From: Nitrospiraceae bacterium
GTDB taxonomy: Bacteria; Nitrospirota; Nitrospiria; Nitrospirales; Nitrospiraceae
Reading direction: 5' to 3'
NCBI GenBank assembly: GCA_041629275.1
Contig: JBFKNO010000001.1
Coordinates: forward strand, 1-39,673
DNA: 39,673 nucleotides
The notes beneath the pieces were generated by a model that worked only from the letters and a program-made list of their open reading frames with translations, had not been told where the DNA came from and ran no database searches. Positions 15,319-23,760 of the stretch are shown here, piece after piece (position 1 is the first letter of the stretch; each line of letters begins with the position of its first letter). The translations under genes were made by a program, and so were the position numbers.

Positions 15319-15966
15319 TTACTGATGCAGATCCTTGAGCTCGTGGCGCTCCTCACCCGACTCGGTGATGGTCCATTCATCGCAGGTGGCATCGTCGTCG
15401 AGGTTGCCCTTGGCCGCGGCGACAAAGGTCGAAGGCGAGGCGGCCACGCTGGCGGTGGTGGGCGGTGTGGTGAGATCGCAGGGAGCCGTCTCGGTGGCGC
15501 TGCCGCGCAGCACGCGGGGCTCACCCTTCACGGCGTACCAGAACGAGTAGCGCTTCGCGCGAAGGCCCTCGAGGTTGAGGTCGGCGCGATCCCCGATCTC
15601 GTAGGTGCCGTGAGTCTTCCGAAACGCCGTGGCCGCCTCGTACACGCGATGCAGGCCCGTACGACCCTCCGCCATGCGCGCGCGGCGCTCCATGAGCGTG
15701 GCGTTGAGATCGAAGATCCAGTAGATGAGGCCGAAGGGCACGGCGAAAAAGAGAAAGACCTTCGCCCTCCGCGGAAGGGGCGCCAGGGCGGTGCCCACGA
15801 GCAGGAGCAGGCAACCGACGAGGAAGGATAGCAGGAGGAGACCCGCCTGGGAGGGCAGCGTCACGAGGAAGGGCGCGCCGGCCAGAACGGCTCCGAGGGC
15901 GAGCATACCGAGCCCCTCGACCTGGCGGGCGGTGATGGGAGACGAGGTGGGCGGCAATTCGGACAT
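15319..15966 (-). CDS. polytopic membrane protein with type IV pilin-like C-terminal domain
   Basis: About 3 N-terminal TM segments are followed by RARMAEGRTGLHRVYEAATAFRKTHGTYE, RYSFWYAV and AAKGNLDDDATCDEWTI. These resemble the post-helix region and C-terminal motif of type IVa pilin-like proteins. There is no G/FTLIE class III signal. Confidence 0.6.
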   Translation of the reverse strand: MSELPPTSSPITARQVEGLGMLALGAVLAGAPFLVTLPSQAGLLLLSFLVGCLLLLVGTALAPLPRRAKVFLFFAVPFGLIYWIFDLNATLMERRARMAEGRTGLHRVYEAATAFRKTHGTYEIGDRADLNLEGLRAKRYSFWYAVKGEPRVLRGSATETAPCDLTTPPTTASVAASPSTFVAAAKGNLDDDATCDEWTITESGEERHELKDLHQ

Positions 15967-16100
15967 TGTGGAGCACCGTCGCGTTGACGCAAGACCTAAC
16001 GGATTCTATCTTGACACAGACGGAGGGAGAATCGAAAAGCCAAATCATGCACGATCACAGGGCGATGGGAAGCAAGCTCCCCCGGTAAACAGGTCTCATC

Positions 16101-16160
16101 GAACGTGGCACCTGGAACCTGGAACCTGTGACGAGGCCCCTGGAAGGTGAAACCCTGAAT
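16101..16160. repeat. copy (reverse orientation, duplicated core) of the CCAGGTT(T)CAGGT repeat family
   Basis: GAACGTGGCACCTGGAACCTGGAACCTGTG...CCTGGAAGGTGAAACCCTGAA. The reverse complements read GTTCCAGGTTCCAGGTGCC and TTCAGGGTTTCACC, matching the 8965 copy. It ends 17 nt before the mscL start. Confidence 0.5.
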
Positions 16161-16176
16161 GAACGGAGGCGCGATC

Positions 16177-16623
16177 ATGTGGAGAGAGTTCAAGCAATTC
16201 GCCATGCGCGGCAATGTCGTGGACATGGCGGTGGGAATAGTTATCGGCACCGCCTTCGGCAAAATCGTCTCATCCCTGGTGGCCGACATCCTCATGCCCC
16301 CGGTGGGGTTCCTGCTCGGGAGGGTGCCCGTGGCCAGCCTGTTCATCACGCTCTCGGGTAGCCAGTACGCCACGCTCGCCGAGGCCAAAGCCGCGGGCGC
16401 GGTGACGATCAACTACGGCCTCTTCGTCCAGACGGTGCTGGACTTCCTCGTCATCGCACTCGTCTTGTTTCTGTTCGTGCGGCAGATCAATCGTTTCCTG
16501 GAGGCGAAGTCGCAGGCCGCGCCGACCTCGCCGACGATCAAGGAATGCCCGTACTGCCTCTCGAGCATCGCCATCAAGGCCAGGCGCTGCGCGCACTGCA
16601 CCGCGGACCTCGGGGCCGCCTAG
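16177..16623 (+). CDS. mscL: large-conductance mechanosensitive channel MscL with C-terminal CxxC...CxxC extension
   Basis: GGAGG lies 7 nt upstream of ATG 16177. MscL signatures are MWREFKQFAMRGNVVDMAVGIVIGTAFGKIVSSLVADILMPP and INYGLFVQTVLDFLVIA. The tail is KECPYCLSSIAIKARRCAHCT. Confidence 0.85.
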   Translation: MWREFKQFAMRGNVVDMAVGIVIGTAFGKIVSSLVADILMPPVGFLLGRVPVASLFITLSGSQYATLAEAKAAGAVTINYGLFVQTVLDFLVIALVLFLFVRQINRFLEAKSQAAPTSPTIKECPYCLSSIAIKARRCAHCTADLGAA

Positions 16624-16690
16624 TGCGCCACGCCGGTCGTTGGATCGGTCCTGGGAAACGGCACATCGTACCGCATCTGGCATGTCACTG

Positions 16691-16699
16691 TGGTATGAT
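16691..16699 (+). promoter_or_regulatory. extended -10 promoter candidate for tdh-kbl
   Basis: TGgTATGAT (TG at 16691-16692, TATGAT at 16694-16699) lies 68 nt upstream of tdh. The -35 is poor. Confidence 0.35.
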
Positions 16700-16766
16700 T
16701 TTTGGGCAGCGACAGCCCGGCCGCCGTGCCACGCCGGTACAGAAGCAGAATGAGGAAGAGATACCC

Positions 16767-17801
16767 ATGAAAGCTCTCGTGAAAACTACCCCCGAGCCCG
16801 GCCTGACGCTCATGGATCGGGCCGATCCCACACCGGGTCCCCACCAGGTCGTCGTCCGCGTCATGGCGACCTCGCTCTGCGGAACGGACGCGCACATTTA
16901 TAACTGGGACCCCTGGGCGAGCAGTCGCCTGACCTTGCCGCGTATCATCGGGCACGAGATGTGCGGCGAGGTCGTCGAGCTCGGCCAAGCCGTATCGGGC
17001 ATCGAGGTGGGCGATTTCGTGGCGGCCGAGTCCCACCTGACCTGCGGCCTCTGCTATCAATGCCGGACCGGGCAGGCGCACGTGTGCAAGAATTACCAGA
17101 TTCTCGGCGTCGATTTCGACGGGTCCTACGCCCAGGCGGTCGTCCTGTCCGAGCGGGTCCTGTGGAAGACCGATCGTGCCATCCCGCCGGAGCTGGCCTG
17201 CGTCCAGGAACCGCTCGGCAACGCCGTCGATGCGGCCCTCGCCGAGGATGTGACGGGCCAGGCGGTCTTCGTCAGCGGCTGCGGGCCGACCGGCTTGCTG
17301 GCCATCGCCGTCGCTCGCGTGGCGGGGGCGTCCATGATCCTGGCGACCGATGTCAGCGACTACCGTCTGCGGCTGGCGCGTGACCTCGGCGCGACGCATG
17401 TGCTCAACGCGGGGACGATGTCCAAGGAAGATCTGTCCGCCGCCGTGGCCGACCTGACCGAGGGCGAGGGCGTCGACACGGCGCTGGAGATGTCCGGCAA
17501 CCCCTCGGCCCTGCACCTGGCGTTCAAGACGGTGAAGAACGGCGGCCGCGTCACCCTCTTCGGCATTCCCACGGGGTCGGTCAGCTTCGATCTGCCGAAC
17601 GAGATCATCTTCAAGGGCATCCGGGTCTACGGGGTCACCGGCCGCAAGCTCTTCGAAACGTGGTACAAGCTGGCGGGCCTGTTCAAGGCCGGCCTCGATA
17701 TCAAGCCGGTCGTGACCCATCGCTTTCCGCTGTCCGAGTTCCAGAAGGGCTTCGACCTGTTGAATTCCCAGGAGTGCGGGAAGGTCGTGCTCGTTCCCTA
17801 G
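16767..17801 (+). CDS. tdh: L-threonine 3-dehydrogenase
   Basis: The sequence begins MKALVK. It has SLCGTDAHIY, GHEMCGEVVELG and a structural zinc Cys cluster (CGLCYQCRTGQAHVC). A kbl gene lies immediately downstream. Confidence 0.9.
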   Translation: MKALVKTTPEPGLTLMDRADPTPGPHQVVVRVMATSLCGTDAHIYNWDPWASSRLTLPRIIGHEMCGEVVELGQAVSGIEVGDFVAAESHLTCGLCYQCRTGQAHVCKNYQILGVDFDGSYAQAVVLSERVLWKTDRAIPPELACVQEPLGNAVDAALAEDVTGQAVFVSGCGPTGLLAIAVARVAGASMILATDVSDYRLRLARDLGATHVLNAGTMSKEDLSAAVADLTEGEGVDTALEMSGNPSALHLAFKTVKNGGRVTLFGIPTGSVSFDLPNEIIFKGIRVYGVTGRKLFETWYKLAGLFKAGLDIKPVVTHRFPLSEFQKGFDLLNSQECGKVVLVP

Positions 17802-17856
17802 CGTGCTGTCTTGCAAATTGATGATATCAGTCATCCTGTGATCTCCCTCTGCCTTT

Positions 17857-17895
17857 CCTCTCCCCCGGCGGGGGAGAGGGTGAGGGTGAGGGGGC
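17857..17895. repeat. GC-rich REP-like hairpin (CCTCTCCCCC-ggc-GGGGGAGAGG followed by GTGAGGGTGAGGGGG)
   Basis: It has a 10-bp perfect stem and sits in the 107-nt tdh-kbl spacer. It is the same sequence type as 3457-3500. Confidence 0.6.
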
Positions 17896-17908
17896 GGAGG
17901 TCGGCGCA

Positions 17909-19099
17909 ATGGCCTACACCTCTTTGAAAAAAGCGATCGACGCGCAGCTCGACGAGATTCGGAAGGCGGGCTTGTACAAGCGCGAGCGGCAGCTCCTGGG
18001 CCCGCAGGATGGGGTCATTCGCGTGGCCCAGGGTGACGTCGTCAACCTCTGCGCCAACAACTATCTGGGGCTCGCCAATCACCCCGACGTGGTCCAGGCG
18101 GCGGCCGAAGGCTTGCGCACCCACGGCTACGGGATGGCCTCCGTCCGGTTCATCTGCGGCACCCAGGATCAGCACAAGCGGCTGGAGCAGGCGCTCAGCC
18201 AATTCCTCGGGACCGAGGACACGATTCTCTATACGTCCTGCTTCGACGCGAACACCGGCTTGTTCGAGACCCTTCTCGACGACCGCGACGCCATCATCAG
18301 CGACGCGCTCAACCACGCCAGCGTGATCGACGGGATTCGCCTCTGCAAGGCCAAACGGTTTCGATACGCCCATGCCGACATGAAGGACCTGGAGACCGCC
18401 CTGCAAGAGGCGGCGGCCTGCCGCCTGCGGCTGATCGCGACGGACGGCGTGTTCTCGATGGACGGCGACCTTGCCCGGCTCGATCGCATCACCGAGCTGG
18501 CCGAACGGTACGACGCCGCCGTGGCCGTCGATGACAGCCACGCCACCGGCGTGCTGGGACAGAACGGCCGGGGCACGCCGGATCACTTCGGCGTCGCCGA
18601 TCGGGTGGACATCATCACCAGCACCCTGGGCAAGTCGCTGGGCGGCGCCTCTGGAGGCTTCACGACAGGTCGAAAGGAGATCATCGAGCTCCTGCGCCAG
18701 CGCTCGCGCCCCTATCTGTTCTCCAACGCCTTGCCGCCCGCCCTGACGGCGGCCGCGCTGAAGGCCCTCAAGCTCGTCGCCCAGGGCGAGCAGCTGCGCA
18801 AGTCATTGCGGGAGCATGCGGCGTTCTTCCGCAGGAGCCTCGAGTCGCTGGGGTTCACGCTCGTGCCTGGCGAGCACCCCATCATCCCCGTCATGCTGGG
18901 GGACGCCGCCCTCGCGACGCGGATGGCGGACCGTCTGCTCGAAGAGGGCATCTACGTCATCGGCTTCAGCTATCCCGTCGTGCCGAAGGGGCAGGCGCGG
19001 GTGCGCGTCCAGATCTCGGCCGCGCATCAGCGCGAGCAGCTCGAGCAGGCGGTCGCGGCCTTCGCCAAGGTGGGGCGCGAGCTGGGCGTGATCCAGTAG
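17909..19099 (+). CDS. kbl: glycine C-acetyltransferase (2-amino-3-ketobutyrate CoA ligase)
   Basis: It matches the AONS-family PLP enzyme. The PLP-lysine context is [10 protein letters not shown], with HASVIDG and DDSHATG motifs. It is paired with tdh. Confidence 0.9.
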   Translation: MAYTSLKKAIDAQLDEIRKAGLYKRERQLLGPQDGVIRVAQGDVVNLCANNYLGLANHPDVVQAAAEGLRTHGYGMASVRFICGTQDQHKRLEQALSQFLGTEDTILYTSCFDANTGLFETLLDDRDAIISDALNHASVIDGIRLCKAKRFRYAHADMKDLETALQEAAACRLRLIATDGVFSMDGDLARLDRITELAERYDAAVAVDDSHATGVLGQNGRGTPDHFGVADRVDIITSTLGKSLGGASGGFTTGRKEIIELLRQRSRPYLFSNALPPALTAAALKALKLVAQGEQLRKSLREHAAFFRRSLESLGFTLVPGEHPIIPVMLGDAALATRMADRLLEEGIYVIGFSYPVVPKGQARVRVQISAAHQREQLEQAVAAFAKVGRELGVIQ

Positions 19100-19105
19100 A
19101 CGCCC

Positions 19106-19939
19106 ATGTCCAGCGGAGGCGCCCACCCCGTCGAACGACTTCACGTTGCCGTGAACACCCCCGCCGGAGAGGTCCACACCCAGGTCGAGGTCCCGACCGG
19201 TTTCGTCCCCCTCACGAGCATCGTCCCGACCCTGCGCGATGTCGGCGAGCGGGCGGTCGCGCTCGAGCAAGCCCGCGCCGAAGCGACCGGGCTGGCGATT
19301 TCCTGCCGGATGGGCTGCGCGGCCTGCTGCCGCATGCTCGTGCCCGTCTCCCCGCCGGAGGCCTTCGCACTCGCCGACGCGGTGCAGAATCTTCCGGATC
19401 CTCAACGGCACCACGTTCAGGCAAGAATCGAGACGACACGCGGCCGGCTGGAAGAGGCCGGACTGTGGTCTCGCCTGAGCGAGATCGCCGACACCGACAG
19501 GCAACTGTCGGATGAGGACATGGAGCAGACCAACCGGGACTATTACGCGCTCCGGCTGCCCTGTCCGTTCCTGGAGAACGAGGCATGCGCCATTTATGCG
19601 GATCGGCCCGCGGCCTGCCGCGAGCTGCTGGTCACGTCCCCGGCCGAGCTGTGCCAGGATCTCGTGCGGAATCCCGTGCGTCCGATCCCCGTCCCCGTTC
19701 GCATGGGCACAGTCCTCGGGATGCTCTGGGCGGAGCTGATCGGCGGACCAGTCAGGTTGATCCCGCTGCCGCTGGCCTTGTCTTGGACAGAGCGGCACGG
19801 CGAAGAACGCCAACGCCGATGCAAGGGCCCTGAGCTGCTCGAGAAAGCCATGGACAAGGTGTGGCGGTACCTCAGTAAAGAATTCGACAGCCGGGGCCGG
19901 CGGCCGCCCAGCGAAGGTTCGGGAGCGGCGGCGAGCTGA
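19106..19939 (+). CDS. YkgJ-family (CxxCxxCC) cysteine-cluster protein
   Basis: It has CRMGCAACC plus a distal CPFLENEACAIYADRPAACR, as in the UPF0153/YkgJ putative Zn/Fe-binding family. It starts 7 nt after the kbl stop. Confidence 0.7.
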   Translation: MSSGGAHPVERLHVAVNTPAGEVHTQVEVPTGFVPLTSIVPTLRDVGERAVALEQARAEATGLAISCRMGCAACCRMLVPVSPPEAFALADAVQNLPDPQRHHVQARIETTRGRLEEAGLWSRLSEIADTDRQLSDEDMEQTNRDYYALRLPCPFLENEACAIYADRPAACRELLVTSPAELCQDLVRNPVRPIPVPVRMGTVLGMLWAELIGGPVRLIPLPLALSWTERHGEERQRRCKGPELLEKAMDKVWRYLSKEFDSRGRRPPSEGSGAAAS

Positions 19940-19941
19940 GC

Positions 19942-20325
19942 CTACTTATGTCGGCCTGCACGGCGCCGCCTCTTGGCGGAGCCCTTGAGCGGGTCGTGTC
20001 CCCAGTTCATCAGCGAATAGCGCCAGGCTGACTCCCTCGCGGAGCCCTTCGGCCGCTGAGCACGGTGGCGCTTGATGTAGCCGATGACCTTCTTCATGTG
20101 CCGGTAGTCGCTGACTGTCAACGTGTCCTTCTTCTTGCGTCGGATCCTGACGATCCGGCGCCCCGAAGCGTGCCCGGTCGACTCCCCGCCGCCCTTGCCC
20201 TTGGCGCCAACGCTGCGCGAGGCCTTGGTCTTGAGCCAGCGCTGGAGTTGCCCCGGCGAAATGTTCACCAGCTTCGAAAATTCCCTGTACACCTCCTGCT
20301 TCGTATTGTCCGGCATACCCTTCAT
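19942..20325 (-). CDS. DUF3140-like small basic protein
   Basis: The start is placed at MKGMPDN, with GAGG 9 nt upstream. It has EFSKLVNISPGQLQRWL and YSLMNWGHDPLK motifs as I recall for DUF3140. Confidence 0.65.
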   Translation of the reverse strand: MKGMPDNTKQEVYREFSKLVNISPGQLQRWLKTKASRSVGAKGKGGGESTGHASGRRIVRIRRKKKDTLTVSDYRHMKKVIGYIKRHRAQRPKGSARESAWRYSLMNWGHDPLKGSAKRRRRAGRHK

Positions 20326-20532
20326 TGCGTTGCACCTCTCAAGCGGAAGGGGGAGTTGCCAAGCTGGCCGCGCGCTCAAGGTTCTTGTACAGCTGATGTT
20401 CGGCGGAATCAACCACCGAATGAGGAATGCTCCGATCGTAGGGCGGACGTGGATGATCTGCTCGGCAGCGGACAAATCCTCTCAGCCCGATGTGATGTGA
20501 GCTATCTGCGAGAACCTGTGAGACTTTTCAAA

Positions 20533-20589
20533 CGCCCACCCCGTGGCCGGGGAGACAGAATAATGCAGGGCGGGACTCGAGGGTGGGCG
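20533..20589 (-). terminator. weak terminator-like hairpin after the 20609..22210 gene
   Basis: CGCCCACCC (20533-20541) pairs with GGGTGGGCG (20581-20589), with a nested CCCCG-tggc-CGGGG. On the minus strand it is followed by TTTGAAAAG. Confidence 0.3.
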
Positions 20590-20608
20590 TGAAGAACTGA
20601 ATGAGACG

Positions 20609-22210
20609 CTAGTCCGCAGGAAAGGTCAGCTCGATCGCGATGGCGGCATCCCGGCCGGCTTCCGGATTCACGATGTAGACGGCGCGCTCCTGCGATCCCT
20701 CCGGTTTGTCGGGCTGGACCTGCTCGACGAGCAAGGGTTGCATCGACGTGCCGATGCGCGCGCGGCTGAGCAGGGTGTCGAGGTCGAGGGAGGGTCTCTC
20801 GTCCCCCTCCTGTCGTTCGAGCACCGCGGGGTGGAAGACCTGCAGCTCCGGCCGGGGTTGGCGGGAGTAGATGAGGATCATCTTGTTGGCGGACGCTGCG
20901 CCATAAAGCGGGAGGACTCCAGCGCTGGGGATGACGTAGCGTTTTCCCCGGAGGACGCCGACACCGGATTTCCTCTCTTCTTTACCGAGCGGGCCTGCGG
21001 GCGTGATCCAGCGCCAGTCGCCGCGCGAGCCGAGCCGGAAGACGTAGAGGTAGCCAGCCTCGTTGACCTCGACGGTCACTTGCATCGCATCATCGGCCTT
21101 GAACGGACCGCCAGGGTTCGTCTCCGCGAAGTCGCCGGCCTCGTCCTGCTTGAGGACGCTGTACCGGAGCCCCAACGGCGTGAGTTCGGCCAGACCGACG
21201 CCCGCCGACAGGCTCGTCAAGGCCTCCGCACTCATTGTCTGCTCAGCCGGTTCACGCTGTGAGCGCTCGGGAGCCTGTTCCATTTCCTCTTGCCGGCTCA
21301 GGGACATCTCCTCGGTTTCCCCTCGAGGCGCGGGAGCAAGGCGTGCATAATACAGGTGCCGCGCGGGACCTGGCTCGACCGGACGGCGATACGAGGTCAA
21401 CCACCGTGGACGGCCTTGCGCGCTGGCGGCAGGTGGCGCCCCCGAGGCGGCGGCTTGAGGCTCTTTCTTCTCCGGCGGGACGCGGAAGCCCGACACGGCC
21501 GGAGGTGCAGGAGCTCCCGGCGAAGCGCCCCGCTGAGACTCAGCCTGCTTCGCCGCTGGGGCGATGGCTCGCTTGGGATCCATTCTCCTTGCCTTCGCCT
21601 CGGGCGTCGCAGATTGGGAACCAGACCGCGGCTTGGAAACTGCCCCTGTCTCGGCTCGGCCGGCAGCACGCGACCGGTCCTGAGCCACGCGCGGCTCCGC
21701 GCCGGGGTCGGCTTCCGCAGATTTCTTTTCCGAGGCCGTGCCTCCAACCTCGAGCTTGCCGCCGGTTCCGGAGCGTTCGAGCGCGTCTTTCCCGGCCGAA
21801 GGATCGGGATGCGGCTCCGCCGGTTGCGCGGTCTGCTTGACTTGGGCAACCAGATCGTCTGCAAAAGGCCGCTCGGTCCTTTCGCGCTCGATTGCCACGA
21901 AGATCCAGACCGCGATGACCGCTGTGGCCAGCGTCCCGGCGAGCGCCACGTTTGCCGGGCGGCGGAACCATTCCAGCATGACGACCAACGGACGGCGGGC
22001 CGACCGCTGTTGCGCCTCCAGCGCGGCCAGGACCCGGCGCCGGTGCGTCGGGTCGTCGAGCACCTCCTTCAGCGCGGCTTCGTGCGTCAGCGCGTCGAAC
22101 AGTGCCTGGTCGTGCAGCGCGGCCTCGAAGAGCCTGTGCCGCTCCTCATCGGTCAGCGTGCCGGTCGCGTAGCCGCCCAGCAGTTTTTCGATGTCACGTT
22201 CGACCATCAC
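20609..22210 (-). CDS. single-pass membrane protein: anti-sigma(RskA)-like N-terminus, Pro/Ala-rich linker, DUF4384-like C-terminal domain
   Basis: The N-terminus is LLGGYATGTLTDEERHRLFEAALHDQALFDAL, followed by one TM (VALAGTLATAVIAVWIFVAI). About 200 aa of low complexity follow. The C-terminus is LRYSVLKQDEAG...VTVEVNEAGYLYVFRLGSRGDW. Confidence 0.65.
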   Translation of the reverse strand: MMVERDIEKLLGGYATGTLTDEERHRLFEAALHDQALFDALTHEAALKEVLDDPTHRRRVLAALEAQQRSARRPLVVMLEWFRRPANVALAGTLATAVIAVWIFVAIERERTERPFADDLVAQVKQTAQPAEPHPDPSAGKDALERSGTGGKLEVGGTASEKKSAEADPGAEPRVAQDRSRAAGRAETGAVSKPRSGSQSATPEAKARRMDPKRAIAPAAKQAESQRGASPGAPAPPAVSGFRVPPEKKEPQAAASGAPPAASAQGRPRWLTSYRRPVEPGPARHLYYARLAPAPRGETEEMSLSRQEEMEQAPERSQREPAEQTMSAEALTSLSAGVGLAELTPLGLRYSVLKQDEAGDFAETNPGGPFKADDAMQVTVEVNEAGYLYVFRLGSRGDWRWITPAGPLGKEERKSGVGVLRGKRYVIPSAGVLPLYGAASANKMILIYSRQPRPELQVFHPAVLERQEGDERPSLDLDTLLSRARIGTSMQPLLVEQVQPDKPEGSQERAVYIVNPEAGRDAAIAIELTFPAD

Positions 22211-22297
22211 CCGCTCGTTGGTCCTCCTCTTGATGAGATGTGGCCAAGACCGCGATCCTTTCAGGGATGATGGACAGAATGGGCTCGCCCGGCTGCC

Positions 22298-23749
22298 CTA
22301 CCCCCGCCAGAACGCGGGGGTCAGCAGCGCCAGAAGCGTGAAGAGCTCCAGCCGGCCCAGCAGCATGGCCGTGCACAGGATCCACTTGCCCACGTCGGTG
22401 AGCCCGGCGTAGGTCGCGCTCACCTCCCCCAATCCCGGCCCCAGGTTGTTCAGGCAGGCGGTCACGGCGGAAAACGCCGTGATCAGATCCGTGCCGGTGG
22501 CGCTCATGGCCAAGGTGAGGAGAACGAAGCTCACCACGTAGAGCGAGAAGAAGCCCCAGATCGCGTTCATGATGCGGTCCTCGATGGGCTTGTCCCCGAT
22601 CTTGATGCTCAGGACGGCGTCGGGATGAATCAGGCGGCGCAGCTCACGCAGCCCCTGCTTGTAAAGCAGCAGGACGCGGATGACCTTCAGGCCGCCCGCC
22701 GTCGACCCCGCGCACCCGCCGATGAAGCTCGCCGCGAGGTAGAGGACGGGCAGGAAGACCGGCCAGGTGTGAAAGCCGGTGGTCGTGAACCCCGTCGTGG
22801 TCGCGATCGAGACGGCCTGGAACAGGCCGTGATCGACCACCGCGCCGATGTCGGGGAAGACCTTCAGCTCGTTCAACACGACAATGCTCAGGGTGCTCAC
22901 GACGAAGAGGACGCCGAGATAGGTCCGTACTTCGGGATCGCCGAGGTAGGGCAGCGGGCTTCTCGCGTGCCAGGCGTGGAAGTGCAGGGCGAAATTGATT
23001 CCGGCCAGCACCATGAAGACCACCGCGACGAGGTTGATCGTCCGGCTCTGAAAATAGCCGAGGCTCTGGTCATGGGTGGAGAAGCCCCCGATGGCGATGG
23101 TGGAGAAACTGTGCCCCACCGCATCGAACAGGCTCATGCCGGCCCACCAGTAGGCGAGGAAGCAGGCCACGGTGAGGCCCAGGTAGATGTACCAGAGGGC
23201 TTTGGCCGTCTGGGCGATGCGAGGTGTCAGCTTGGTTTCCTTGGCCGGCCCCGGCGTCTCGGCGCGGTACAGCTGCATGCCGCCGACCCCCAGCATCGGC
23301 ATGACCGCGACGGCCAGGACGACGATTCCCATGCCCCCGAGCCATTGGAGTTGCTGGCGGTAATAGCGGATGGACTCCGGCAGGTCGTCGATCCCCGACA
23401 GGACTGTGGCCCCGGTCGTGGTCAGGCCCGACATGGACTCAAAGAATGAATCGGTAAAGCCCATCACCGGCCGCTCCGAGGTCAGGAAGGGAAGCGCGCC
23501 AAAGAGCGCGAGGAGGGTCCAGAAGAGGGTCACGATCAGAAATCCCTCCCGGACGCGGATATCATCGCGGTTGCGGAGGACGGGAAGCCAGAGGAGGACG
23601 CCGGCGCCGAGCGTGATGCCGTAGGCGCTGACGAAGGCGGGTGCGGCGCCATCGTGAAAGTAGAGGGACAGGCCGATGGGCGGGAGCAGGGCCGTGCTGA
23701 AGACCGCCAGCAGGAGCCCCATGACGCGCTGGATCGCAGCGAACCGCAC
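22298..23749 (-). CDS. trkH: Trk-type potassium uptake protein TrkH
   Basis: It is a 483-aa polytopic protein with repeated pore-loop GLTTTG / TTTGFTTTG / GGFSTHD / GPGLGE signatures. It starts 12 nt after trkA. Confidence 0.9.
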   Translation of the reverse strand: MRFAAIQRVMGLLLAVFSTALLPPIGLSLYFHDGAAPAFVSAYGITLGAGVLLWLPVLRNRDDIRVREGFLIVTLFWTLLALFGALPFLTSERPVMGFTDSFFESMSGLTTTGATVLSGIDDLPESIRYYRQQLQWLGGMGIVVLAVAVMPMLGVGGMQLYRAETPGPAKETKLTPRIAQTAKALWYIYLGLTVACFLAYWWAGMSLFDAVGHSFSTIAIGGFSTHDQSLGYFQSRTINLVAVVFMVLAGINFALHFHAWHARSPLPYLGDPEVRTYLGVLFVVSTLSIVVLNELKVFPDIGAVVDHGLFQAVSIATTTGFTTTGFHTWPVFLPVLYLAASFIGGCAGSTAGGLKVIRVLLLYKQGLRELRRLIHPDAVLSIKIGDKPIEDRIMNAIWGFFSLYVVSFVLLTLAMSATGTDLITAFSAVTACLNNLGPGLGEVSATYAGLTDVGKWILCTAMLLGRLELFTLLALLTPAFWRG

Positions 23750-23760
23750 GGCTGTCGCCC

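Noticed and set aside
20609-22210. Calling this gene a bona fide anti-sigma factor
   Set aside because: Only the N-terminal ~60 aa resemble RskA-type anti-sigma domains. It has no zinc-finger HxxxCxxC and no adjacent sigma factor. I kept it as anti-sigma-like only.
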